Below, one piece after another: positions 1-14,372 of a stretch of 64,000 nt of DNA (its first letter is position 1; each line of letters begins with the position of its first letter). Below the pieces are notes generated by a model. It made no database searches. It saw only the letters and a list, made by a program, of their open reading frames with translations, and was not told the DNA's origin. The DNA comes from an uncultured Actinomycetes bacterium (GTDB lineage: Bacteria > Actinomycetota > Acidimicrobiia > IMCC26256 > PALSA-555): assembly GCA_963731625.1 (NCBI GenBank), contig CAVSWH010000001.1, positions 1,066,685 through 1,130,684 on the forward strand, read 5' to 3'. Both the position numbers and the translations under genes were made by a program.

Positions 1-420
1 CGGGCTGGAGGCGGCGGCCTCGGCCTCGACCCGCGCCGTGATTTCCCGGGCGTTGACCAGGAAGCCCTCGACGTCTGGGTCCAGCACCCGGTTCGTGAGC
101 ACGAGCTCGACGTGGCGCCAGTCCCCGTCGCGGTGGCGGCAGCGCACGGCGAGCGGCGGCGTCGAGGCCCGGTCGGCGAGGCCGTGAACCGCCGCGGCGA
201 GCTCGGCCGTGTCGTCGGGGTGCACGAGGTCGAGCGCCGGGCCGTCGAGGAGCTCGTCGGGGCGGTAGCCGAGGACGGCCTCCACCGAGGGGCTCACCCA
301 CGCGACGGACCCGCCGGCGTCGTCGACGCCGATGACACCCCACGCGTGCGTGCCGGACAGCCGCGAGTCGGCCCACCGGGACGCAGCACGTGACGCCGGT
401 CGCTCCCCCCGGTCAGTCAC
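1..420 (-). CDS. PAS-domain sensor protein, N-terminal part (gene runs off the window start)
   Basis: My minus-strand translation reads WGVIGVDDAGGSVAWVSPSVEAVLGYRPDELLDGPALDLVHPDDTAELAAAVHGL...RCRHRDGDWRHVELVLTNRVLDPDVEGFLVNAREIT, which is PAS-like. Candidate GTG start at 420. Absent from the ORF track because it is open at the window edge. Confidence 0.55.
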   Translation of the reverse strand, partial: MTDRGERPASRAASRWADSRLSGTHAWGVIGVDDAGGSVAWVSPSVEAVLGYRPDELLDGPALDLVHPDDTAELAAAVHGLADRASTPPLAVRCRHRDGDWRHVELVLTNRVLDPDVEGFLVNAREITARVEAEAAASSP

Positions 421-531
421 GAGCGCCGGTGTGGTCCGTCCCCACGGCCCGCGTCGTCGTCAACGGACCCACCTCGAGCAAACGGTACCCTCGCCCTCGT
501 CGACGGAACTCTAGATCGCTTCTCGGCGCCC

Positions 532-4917
<4,386 letters not shown>

Positions 4918-4935
4918 GCCGTCCGGGTCGACGCG

Positions 4936-5754
4936 ATGCCCGAAGGCGACACGATCACGCGCACGGCACGCACCCTGCACACCGCGCTCGCCGGGAAGCG
5001 CGTGACACGCCTCGACATCCGGCGCCGAACGGGCGCGAGGCCCGTGCCGGGGACGAACGTCGTCTCGGTCGAAGCGCGAGGCAAGCACCTCCTCGTGCAC
5101 TTCGGTGACGGGCGGTCCTTGCACACCCACCTGCAGCTCCACGGCAGCTGGCACCTCTACCGCGTCGGCGAGCCGTGGCGACGCAGCCGCGCGCAGGCGC
5201 GCGTCGTGCTCGAGGTCGACGACGGCACCGTCGCCGTCTGCTTCGCCGCACCGATCGTCGAGCTGCTCGACGCACGTCGACCCCGCCGCGCCGCGGCAGG
5301 GCTCGACTCGCTCGGTCCCGACCTGTGCCGAACCGACGCCGACCTCGACGACGTCCTCCGACGGCTCGCCCGCATCGATCCCGCCGTCGAGATCGCCTCC
5401 GCGCTGCTCGACCAGCAGGTCGCCGCGGGAATCGGCAACGTCTACAAGAGCGAGGCGTGCTTCGCCTGCGGCGTCGACCCGGCCGCGCCCGTCGGCGCGC
5501 TCGGCGCCGCCACCCGCCGGGCACTGTACGAGCGTGCGGCGACGCTGCTGCGCGCCAACCTCGGCCGGTCGCACCGCGTCACGGTCTCCGGTGGGCTCGC
5601 CGTCTACGGCCGCGCCGGCGAGGCCTGCCGACGCTGCGGCACGCCGATCCGGCGCCGCCGGCAGGGCACCCCGGCGCGTTCCACATACTGGTGTCCCACC
5701 TGCCAGCCGCCCGTGTCACCCTCCGGTCGAACGATGGGACCGACACCCAGCTGA
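4936..5754 (+). CDS. nei: Endonuclease VIII / Fpg-Nei family DNA glycosylase (Nei2-like)
   Basis: N-terminus MPEGDT (catalytic Pro2, Glu3). C-terminal zinc finger CRRCGTPI...YWCPTCQ. Sits directly downstream of lhr, as in mycobacteria. Confidence 0.85.
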   Translation: MPEGDTITRTARTLHTALAGKRVTRLDIRRRTGARPVPGTNVVSVEARGKHLLVHFGDGRSLHTHLQLHGSWHLYRVGEPWRRSRAQARVVLEVDDGTVAVCFAAPIVELLDARRPRRAAAGLDSLGPDLCRTDADLDDVLRRLARIDPAVEIASALLDQQVAAGIGNVYKSEACFACGVDPAAPVGALGAATRRALYERAATLLRANLGRSHRVTVSGGLAVYGRAGEACRRCGTPIRRRRQGTPARSTYWCPTCQPPVSPSGRTMGPTPS

Positions 5755-5863
5755 GCGAGGGCGCCGCATCCGGCAGAAGGGCCGCGTGACCCGCTGATTC
5801 GGGTGGGACGCCCGTAGACTGTTTCGGCAGGCCGGGGCCCGTTCCGTGCGGAAGAGCAGTCCG

Positions 5864-8837
5864 ATGAAGCGTCGCTACAGCCTCGCCGTCCCCCTGGCTG
5901 TCGCCGCGATCCTGCTCGGCACGGCGGCCGGCGCGGCCGCCCAAACCCAGCCCGGCCCGACAACGACCTCGACGACGCAGCCGCCGACGACGACCGCCCC
6001 GCCCAGCACCCCGGGCCACGTCCAGTCGGTGAGCCAGCCCGTCCCGGACCAGTACATCGTCACGCTCAAGGGCGTCACCCCGTCGAGCGTGCCCACCGAG
6101 GCGAACCAGCTCGCCAACAAGCACGGCGGCTCCGTCTTCTACGTGTACCAGCACGCCCTCCGGGGCTTCGCCGTCCGCATGAACCCCGGGCAGGCCGCCG
6201 CGCTGGCAGGGGAGCCCAGCGTGGCGTCCGTCACCGAGGACGGGCTCGTCCGCACCACGACCATCCAGCCTCCGACGCCTGGCACGACCCCCGACTGGGG
6301 CGACGACCGCATCGACCAGCCGAACCTGCCCCTCGACGGCCTCTACCACTACGGCGCCAGCGGCTCGGGCGTGACTGCGTACATCATCGACACCGGGATC
6401 CAAGGGCAATCTCACCGATTTCGGCGGGCGAGCCACCTTCGGGGTGGACGAGGTCGGCGGTGAGCCGCCGCTCGTCGACTGCAACGGGCACGGCACCCAC
6501 GTCGCCGGCGAGCTCGGCGGCAGCACCTACGGCGTCGCGAAGTCCGTGTCGCTCGTCGAGGTCCGCGTCCTCGGGTGCAACGGGATCGGCAGCGACACGC
6601 AGGTCATCGCCGGCGTCGACTGGGTCACCAACAACGTCAACAGCCCCGCGGTCGCCAACATGAGCCTCGGCGGCGGCCAGGACGCGCCGCTCGACCAAGC
6701 GATCGTCGCGTCGGAGCAGCCCGTCCGCACGACGGCTGCTGACGGTCACACCACGCTCAACAGCACGCAGGTGACAGTGGCAGACGCGAACTTCACATCG
6801 GCCGACGTGGGGCAGCGCTTCCGGGACAGCCAGAGCCTCTTCCCCGCCGGGACGTTCGTCGAGTCGGTCACGAACTCGACGACCGCCATCGTGAGCAACC
6901 AGGCCACGAACACCTCCACGAACGACATCTTCTCGATCGGCGCGGGCGTGTCCTACGCCGTCGCCGCCGGCAACAGCAACGGGGCCGACGCCTGCCAGTT
7001 CTCGCCGTCGGACCTCGGCGGTGCGAACAGCGCGACGCTCACCGCGGCGGCCAGCGACATCACCGACCATCAGGCGTCGTTCTCGAACGTCGGCCCCTGC
7101 GTCGACCTCTACGGACCGGGCGTGAACATCACGTCGGATTGGCCCGGCAACGGGGTCGCGAGCTGCGGCGGGAACACGAGCACCACGACGTGCATCCTGA
7201 GCGGGACGTCCATGGCGACGCCCCATGTCGCCGGTACGGCCGCGCTCTACCTGAGCGCGAACCCGACCGCCTCACCCGCGGCGGTGAAGACGGCGGTGAC
7301 AGCTGACGCGACGCCCAACGTCATCGTCGGCGTGACCGGCACCAACACGCCGAACAAGCTCGACTTCACCGGGCCGAGCCCGCCCGGCGTGACGGCCACC
7401 GTCAGCGGCCCAACCTCCGTCCATCTCTCGTGGACCGCACCGGCATCGAACGGCGGGAACCCGATCACCGCATACAACGTCTACCGGGGCACCCAGAGCG
7501 GCAATGTCAGCACGGTCCTCGCGATGAACCTGAGCCCCTCGACGACGACCTTCGATGACACCGGGTTGAGCTGCGGCCAAACCTTCTATTACGAGGTCTC
7601 CGCCGTGAACGTCGTCGATCCGGCGCCGAACGACGCCCGGTCGATCGCGGCCACCGCCGCGCCCTGCGGCGGCGCGTTTAAGTCCGGTGCCTCCCGCGCG
7701 GCTCCTCGACACGCGTCCCGGCGAGCACACGATCGACAACATGTTCGCGGGCGGCGGCCCCATCGGTGGCGGTCAGTCACTCACGTTGCAGGTCACGGGC
7801 CGCGGCACCGTGCCCAACGACGGGACGGTGACATCGGTCGTCCTCAACGTGACGGCGACCGATGAGACCGCTCCCTTCAGCTACGTGACCGTGTACCCGA
7901 CGGGTGAGCCACTGCCGCTCGTCAGCAATCTGAACACCGTGCGGAGCACGACCGTCCCCAACCTGGTCACCGTCGAGGTCGCCCTCGAGCGGCCAGGTGA
8001 CCATCTACAACAGCGAGGGCAGCACCGACGTCGATCGCCGACGTCTTCGGCTACTTCGACAACGGCACCGGCAACAACTCCCTGTACACCCGCTCTCCGC
8101 ACCGCAGCGGGTCCTCGACACGAGGATCGGGCTCGGCGCGCCGCAGGCCCCGGTCAGCCGGGACAGACACTCACCCTGAAGCTGGCAATGGCGAGTCCGC
8201 CCCCGCCGGTGGGCGCGACGGCCGTCGTCATGAACGTCATCGCCGTCAGCCCGAGTGCCGCGGGCTACCTGACGGTCTACCCGGCCGACGAGTCACCCAT
8301 GCCGCTCGCCGTCGAACCTGAACTTCGGCACCGGCGTGACGATCGCGAACCTGGTCACAGTCCCCATGAGCGGGGCGCGACCCCACAGGTAAGTCAACAT
8401 CTACAACAGCACGGACACGACCGATGTAGTCGCCGACGTCGCCGGCTACTACGTCCCGAGCGGCACAGCGGCGCGCTCCACTACACGGCTGTCTCGCCGA
8501 CGCGGATCCTGGACACCCGGATCAACCTCGGCGACTCGGGCCCGTGGGTGGTGGCCAATCGATCACGCTGGGCGTGGCCGGTCGCGGTGGTGTCCCCGCG
8601 TCAGGTGCGCAGGCCGTCGTGATCAACACGACCGAGACGCAGTCAACGTCGATGAGCTTCCTCACGGTCTGGCCCTCAGGGATGACGCCGCTGGCGTCGA
8701 ACCTAAACTTCGACGCGAACGAGACGTTGCCCAACCTGGTGAACGTAGGGCTGAGCGGTGGTCAGGTACAGATCTACAACAGCCAGGGAACCGTTCACGT
8801 CATCGGCGACGTCGCGGGCTACTACGAGACGAACTGA
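5864..8837 (+). pseudogene. Secreted multi-domain subtilisin-like (S8) protease, disrupted by many frameshifts and one in-frame TAA
   Basis: Signal peptide MKRRYSLAVPLAVAAILLGTAAGAAA, Thr/Pro linker, I9-like propeptide. Catalytic triad: Asp (AYIIDTGI), His (CNGHGTHVAG), Ser (SGTSMATPHVAG). FN3 module (SVHLSWTAPASNGGNPITAYNVYRG), then three repeats of about 130 aa (R.LDTR...GQ.LTL.V.G...YLTVYP....PL.SNLNF....NLV.V....G.V.IYNS.G...V..DV.GYY). The reading has to hop between the frames of ORFs 5846-6463, 6444-7865, 7687-8622, 7997-8179 and 8544-8837. Confidence 0.8.
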
Positions 8838-8857
8838 GAGCGGCGCGACCGCCTGAT

Positions 8858-9861
8858 TCACAGCGTGGCGAAGGCCGGCGCGGCCGCGACGAGCTCGGCG
8901 GCGAGGTCCGCATCACCCTCGACGCTGCGCACGAGATCGCCGGCGGGCAGGCGCTCCGCGGCGAGCAGGCACCAGTCCAGGGCACTGGCCGTCAGCGTCA
9001 CGTCGGGCTGGCCCGACGCCGTGTCCTCTGGATCGAGGGCCACCTGCCATACGCCGCCACCGGGACCCGTGAGCACCATTCGAGCAGTGCGACCCGGCCG
9101 GGCGCGGCCCATCGCGTGGAGCCCCGGCGGGCAGTGTCCGCATCGCGAGCGCCGCCATGAGGCCGAGGTCATCCCCGGGCGGCGGGTCGCTCGAGGCGCC
9201 GCGGACACGACGGAGATCGTCGCGGTGCACCCAGCTCTCGAAGGACCGAGCGGTGAGCGCGTCGGCCGGTGACATCGGCAGGCCGATCCACTGCGACGTG
9301 CGACTCCGCGGGTGGGCGGCCTCGTGCCCAGCTGTCGACGGCGGCCACCGCCTCGCGCCAGAGTGCGAGCACGTCGTCGACGGACCGACCGCGGAACCGC
9401 TCGACCAGCACCGTGGTGCGCTCCTCGACGTCGTCGACCTCGACGTCGTCGACGGGGTGCCCGACCGCCTGGGCGAGCAGCGACTCCTGCGCGGCGAGAT
9501 GCACCACAAGGGACCAGGCGCTGAGACCGTTCGCCGTCTCGACGTCGTAGTCCGCGGCATCGAGCCCTTCGAGCTCGCCGCCGAGCCGCTGCGCCTCCGC
9601 GTCGTACAGGCGTCGCGGCGACGTCGATCGAATCGCCGAGCGTCGTCGCCAGGACGGCAGTCGCGGAGCGGTGGGGGCGGCTCGCTCGCTTCGAGCGCGC
9701 CGAGCCACGCGGCCGCCGTGCCCAGGCGCTCGGCTTCGTCGGCCAGGTCGGGCTCGGCGGCGCAGCAGCGTCCTCGACGGCGGTCGGCCTCGTCGGGGTC
9801 GCAGGCGTGCAGCGCGTAGGCGCCGCAGGAGCTCCTCGAGCGCGCGGTCATCGAACGTCAC
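8858..9861 (-). pseudogene. Anti-sigma factor (zf-HC2 N-terminus plus mycothiol maleylpyruvate isomerase/DinB-like N and C domains), frameshifted
   Basis: Pieces across three frames: MTFDDRALEELL / GAYALHACDPDEAD / ...LSAWSLVVHLAAQESLLAQAVGHPVDD...LALWREAVAAVDSWA / WIGLPMSPADALTARSFESWVHRDDL / VLTGPGGGVWQVALDPED...DADLAAELVAAAPAFATL. GTG start overlaps the sigma-factor stop (GTGA). Confidence 0.7.
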
Positions 9862-10420
9862 GGTGCGTGCACTCCCGCCTCGGCCAGGGCGGCGGCAACC
9901 CGGCGCAGCCCCAGGCGCAGCCGGGACTTCGCCGTGCCCTCGGGGATGCCGAGCTCGACGGCGACCTCGCGGTAGGTGCGCCCACCGAAGTAGGCGAGCT
10001 CGATCGCCTCACGCTGCTCGCTCGGCAGCGCCGGCGAGCGCGGCCCGGACCTCCTCGGCCGTGAGGATCGCCGTCGCGAGCTCCTCGACATCGGGGACGG
10101 ACGTAGCGCGGCGGGCGGCGTCGCGCTGGGACCGGCGGCGTCGCGCCTCCTCCCGGCGGATGTAGTCGACAGCGCGCCGGTGGGCGAGCGTCGCGAGCCA
10201 CGTGCGCAGCGTCCCGCGATCCGGGTCGAAGGTCTCGGGCCGCTCCCAGAGCGCGACGAACACCTCCTGGGTGACGTCCTCGGCGGCGCGGGGCTCGCCG
10301 ATGACCCGACGGGCGAGCCCGAACACGAACGACGCGTACTGGTCATAGACGTCGGCCAGCGCCGTCGGGTCGGCCGCGACGAGGCGCTCGCGCGACCGCC
10401 CGCTCCCAGTCCCCGCTCAC
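9858..10420 (-). pseudogene. ECF-type RNA polymerase sigma factor, frameshifted
   Basis: Region 2 ([42 protein letters not shown]) is in ORF 10009-10326. Region 4 ([44 protein letters not shown]) is in ORF 9858-10346, so at least one frame change falls near 10020-10040. A further change is needed to reach the candidate GTG at 10420. Confidence 0.75.
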
Positions 10421-10572
10421 CCAGGTCGCCGCCATCGCTGCCACCACCACGTGCCCGATTCGTCCGCCGCCAGGGTGGCGGATCAACCGCCGGCGTGCAT
10501 GATCCGGCACCGACGTCAGGGCCGAACCGACTCTAGATTGCGACGACGCCCGAGCCCGGCGGGAGGAGCACG

Positions 10573-11988
10573 ATGGCGGACGACTTCGATCTGGTGATCG
10601 TGGGCATGGGCTCGGGCGGCATGGTCGCCGCCGAGTTCGCGGCGACCCTCGGGCTGCGCGTCGCCATCGCCGAGCGGGGCCGGGTGGGCGGCGACTGCCT
10701 CTGGACCGGCTGCGTGCCGAGCAAGGCGCTCCTCGCCTCCGGGAAGATCGCCCACCACATGCGCCACGCCGACGAGTGGGGCATCGCGCCCGCGCCGCCG
10801 TCCGTGGACCGGGCGCGGGTGTGGGACCGAATCCGCGCCGTGCAGCAGTCCGTCGCCGACACCGACGACAACCCCGAGCGCTACCGGAACATGGGCGTCG
10901 AGATCGTCGCAGGTCACGCGAGGGTCACCGGCCCGACGAGCGTCGTAGTGAAGACGGCCGACGGCGACCGCGCCCTCTCGACCCGCTACGTGCTGCTGTG
11001 CACCGGCAGCCGCCCGGCCATGCCGCCGGTCGAGGGGCTCGAGGACGTCGGCTACGTCACGAGCGAGAGCCTCTTCGAGCTGCGCGACCCGCCGGCGAGC
11101 TTCGTGAACATCGGCGGCGGTCCGATCGCCGTCGAGATGGTGCAGGGCTTCACTCGCCTCGGGATCCCGACGACCCTCCTCCAGAAGGGCCCGCGGATCC
11201 TGCCCCGCGACGAGCCCGCGCTCGTCGACCTGCTGATCGGGCACCTGCGCGACGAGGGCGTCGACCTGCACTTCAACGTCGAGACCGAGAAGGTCACCCG
11301 CGACGGCGACAAGAAGACGGTGCACGGCACGGAGAACGGCGAGGCCCGCACCTGGGAGGCCGACGAGATCCTCGTCGCCGTCGGTCGCCGCCCGAACATC
11401 GAGAACCTCGGCCTCGAGGAGCTCGGGATCAAGACCGAGGCGAAGGGCGTCGTCGTCGACAACCGGGGGCGCACGAGCGTCGACACGATCTACGCCTGCG
11501 GCGACATCGCCGGCCGCTTCCTCTTCACCCACTCCGCGGCGTACGAGGGGGTGCGGGCCGTCCGGGACATGTTCTTCCCCGGCAAGGGCAAGGTCGTGGC
11601 GAGCGTCCCGTGGTGCACCTTCACCGACCCGGAGCTCGCCCACGCCGGGCTGACGGAGGCGGAGGCCCGCGACCAGTACAAGGACGGGATCGAGGTCTGG
11701 CACCAGGACCTGAGCCACAACGACCGGGCCCGCGCCGACGGCGCGACGACCGGCGCGGTGATCGCCATCACCCACAAGAAGCGGGTCGTCGGCGCGCACA
11801 TCCTCGCCCCGGCCGCCGGGGAGATGATCCACGAGTTCGCGCTGGCGATCGAGCAGAACGTGAGCCTGAGCGGCCTGAGCGAGTTCATGCACGTCTACCC
11901 GACCGTGTCGACGTCCATCGGCCAGCTCGCCGGCGAGGCGGCGTTCGAAAAGGCCGAGAAGCTGCGCTGGCTCGTGAAGAAGAAGTAG
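10573..11988 (+). CDS. FAD-dependent pyridine nucleotide-disulfide oxidoreductase (dihydrolipoamide dehydrogenase / mercuric reductase-like)
   Basis: 471-aa intact ORF with the GMGSGG dinucleotide fold, redox-active CLWTGCVPSK disulfide and a C-terminal dimerisation domain. Confidence 0.85.
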   Translation: MADDFDLVIVGMGSGGMVAAEFAATLGLRVAIAERGRVGGDCLWTGCVPSKALLASGKIAHHMRHADEWGIAPAPPSVDRARVWDRIRAVQQSVADTDDNPERYRNMGVEIVAGHARVTGPTSVVVKTADGDRALSTRYVLLCTGSRPAMPPVEGLEDVGYVTSESLFELRDPPASFVNIGGGPIAVEMVQGFTRLGIPTTLLQKGPRILPRDEPALVDLLIGHLRDEGVDLHFNVETEKVTRDGDKKTVHGTENGEARTWEADEILVAVGRRPNIENLGLEELGIKTEAKGVVVDNRGRTSVDTIYACGDIAGRFLFTHSAAYEGVRAVRDMFFPGKGKVVASVPWCTFTDPELAHAGLTEAEARDQYKDGIEVWHQDLSHNDRARADGATTGAVIAITHKKRVVGAHILAPAAGEMIHEFALAIEQNVSLSGLSEFMHVYPTVSTSIGQLAGEAAFEKAEKLRWLVKKK

Positions 11989-11990
11989 CC

Positions 11991-12484
11991 GTGGTGGTGG
12001 AGCGCCTCGACGCGTCCCGGTTCGGCTTCCCCAGCCAGCTGCTTCGTCTGTGACCCGACGAACGAGCACGGTCTGCGGGTCCCGTTCTTCGCACGACACG
12101 GACGGCGCCGTCGTCTTCGCGGACTTCGAGCTGCCGGAGGCGTTCTCCGGCGCGCCGACCCTGGTGCACGGCGGCGCAACGCTGGCGCTGCTCGACGAGG
12201 CGATGAGCTGGGCGACCATCGCGCTCGCCGGCAAGTTCGCCTACACGGGCGAGACGACGGCCCGCTTCGAGTGGCCGGTCCGGATCGGGCGGTCGTATCG
12301 CGTCGAGGCCCGCGTCGTCGGCGGCGACGACCGGCGGCTCTTCACCGAAGGCGCGGTGCTCGACGCGAAGCGTCGCGCCTGCGTGCGCGCCACGGCGACG
12401 ATGCTGATCCTCGACGCCGCGCAGGCCGCCGACGCCGTCGGCGACGCGGTCAAGGGCGAGGACCAGTCCTACCTGCGGGAGTAG
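11991..12484 (+). pseudogene. PaaI/hotdog-fold thioesterase, two frameshifts in the first ~100 nt
   Basis: VVERLDASRFGFPSQ (frame A), CFVCDPTNEHGLRVPFF (frame B), HDTDGAVVFADFELPEAFSGAPTLVHGGATLALLDEAMSWA... (ORF 12050-12484). Together these give a standard thioesterase N-terminus. Confidence 0.65.
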
Positions 12485-12496
12485 GGCTCCCTTGTG

Positions 12497-14135
12497 TCAT
12501 GGCGGGGTTGGCGCCGTCGCCAGGACGCCGCAGAGCCGCGTGCTGCCCTCCGACGGGATGCCGAGCGCGACAAGGATGCCCGACTTCGGCAGGTTCAGCT
12601 CCAGCCCGGTGGTGGTGCTGCCCGGGAGCGCGAACGCCCGCGTCGCGCTGGCCGCACCCTGCTCCGCGAGGCTGCAACGTCATGGTGCCGTCGGTACTCC
12701 GGCGTGATCTGCAGCGCAGCGTCGCCGGTCTCGCCGAGGAGCACCTCCGGATGGTTCGACGCGGCGGAGACGGTCACGCAGCCCGGACCGGCCGGGACCG
12801 GCGGACCGGCACCCACATGGCCCACGACGACGGCGCGCGGCGCTGCGGCCGGCGTCGGAGCCGACGATGACCTGCAGGTAGCTCAGCGCCGTGAGGGTGT
12901 CGCTCCGGGTGACCGGTCGCGCTGGGGAGCTCCCCGTCCTGGTCGAGGCCGTGAATGATCGGGACCGTCAGGTTGGGGATGTCCTCCGGGACGGGCACCG
13001 GGTAGATGAACGTGGCCGGCGCGCGAGCAAGCTGCGCCGTGGCGAGGATGCGGCGCTCCTGGGACTGCTCGATCGCCGTCTGCCTGTCGGCCTCGTTTTT
13101 CAGCTGGGACGCCCCGACCAGCACGAGCAGGGCCGTCAGCGAAAGAAGCACCACCGGCGCGAGGGGGCGCGCCGGAGCGTGGCATCGACCGCCATCGCGG
13201 CCAGTGGCGCCAGGAACGCGAGGACGATGTAGGCGTAGCGCGGCGTCGACGCGAACCCCGACCCGAACTGCACGCGGCCAATGCCCGTCAGCACGAGAAA
13301 GGCCGGGGCGCCGGCGGCGAGCGCCAGCGGGACGGTCCACGGCTCGGCGACGCGGGTGGACCGGATCGCCCACACCGCCAGCAGCACGATCACGACGGCG
13401 CCGACCCCGGCGAGGCCGGTCGCCGTCGAGATGGGAACGGTAAGCCCGTTCCAGACAAACGCGGGCAGCCGCTGGACCGCGGTCCGGAACGGCAGGCGAC
13501 CCGCGGTGACGAGCTGATCGTGGTACTTCGCGTACCAGATCAGCCAGACGACCGCGACGGGAGCGACGGTGAGCGCGGCGACCCGGGCGCCTCGGCGGGC
13601 GAGCTGCACGAGCGCCACGACGAGCACCGTGACCAGGCCCACGTTGGAGCACATCACCGCGCCGATCGAGCAGCGCGGCGACGATGCCGTCGCGTCGCGA
13701 GAACCGGCCCTCGAGAGGGAGGAGGAGCAGCGCGGCGAACGCCGCGGCCACGGGCAGCACGAAGGCGATCTGGAAGGTGTCGAGGATGTTCTCCCAGCCG
13801 GCGCCGAGGAGCGCAAACGCGGTCGCCGACGCCAGCGCGACCCACACCGAGACACCGACGCGGAGCAGCAGCCGCCAGACAAGCCAGACGACGAGCAGGT
13901 GCACGAGCACGGCGACGGCTTCGTAGGGGAGGTGGTGCCGGACCCCGAAGAGCGTGAACAGCGCCCGGTAGATCACGATCGGGATGAGCACCCAGTGCTC
14001 GTTGAACGGGGCGACGGGGCTCGCCGTCCCGTGGCCGCCGAACAGCGTGCGGCTCACCAGTGCTTCCCACTCGTCGGCGCTGAACCAGCGGTTGCGATCG
14101 ATGACGAGCAAGAAAACGAGGACCGCCGCGGCCAT
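12497..14135 (-). pseudogene. Polytopic membrane protein (possibly a GT-C-like glycosyltransferase, function uncertain), several frameshifts
   Basis: Hydrophobic segments are spread over ORFs 12774-14135 and 13136-13882, plus an untracked C-terminal frame ending at 12497 (SLAEQGAASATRAFALPGSTTTGLELNLPKSGILVALGIPSEGSTRLCGVLATAPTPP). N-terminus: FSADEWEALVSR...PFNEHWVLIPIVIYRALFTLFG. Confidence 0.5.
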
Positions 14136-14372
14136 GACCCAGAAGCAGACCGTGGCGAGCCGGTCGCCGCGCGCCGACGACGGGCGCGCGGACCACCAGC
14201 GGGCGGCGCCTCGGGGATCGGCTGTCGGGCATGGGTGCTCCGCGCGGAGTGGACGGTCGGCCCTCGTCGTGCCCTCCGCCGCCCGTTGCGCTGATGCGGG
14301 TGCGACAATCTATTGCGAGGGCCGCCCGCGGCGTGCATCAACTGCGTGCGAGCACATCACGCGTGGCGCGGG

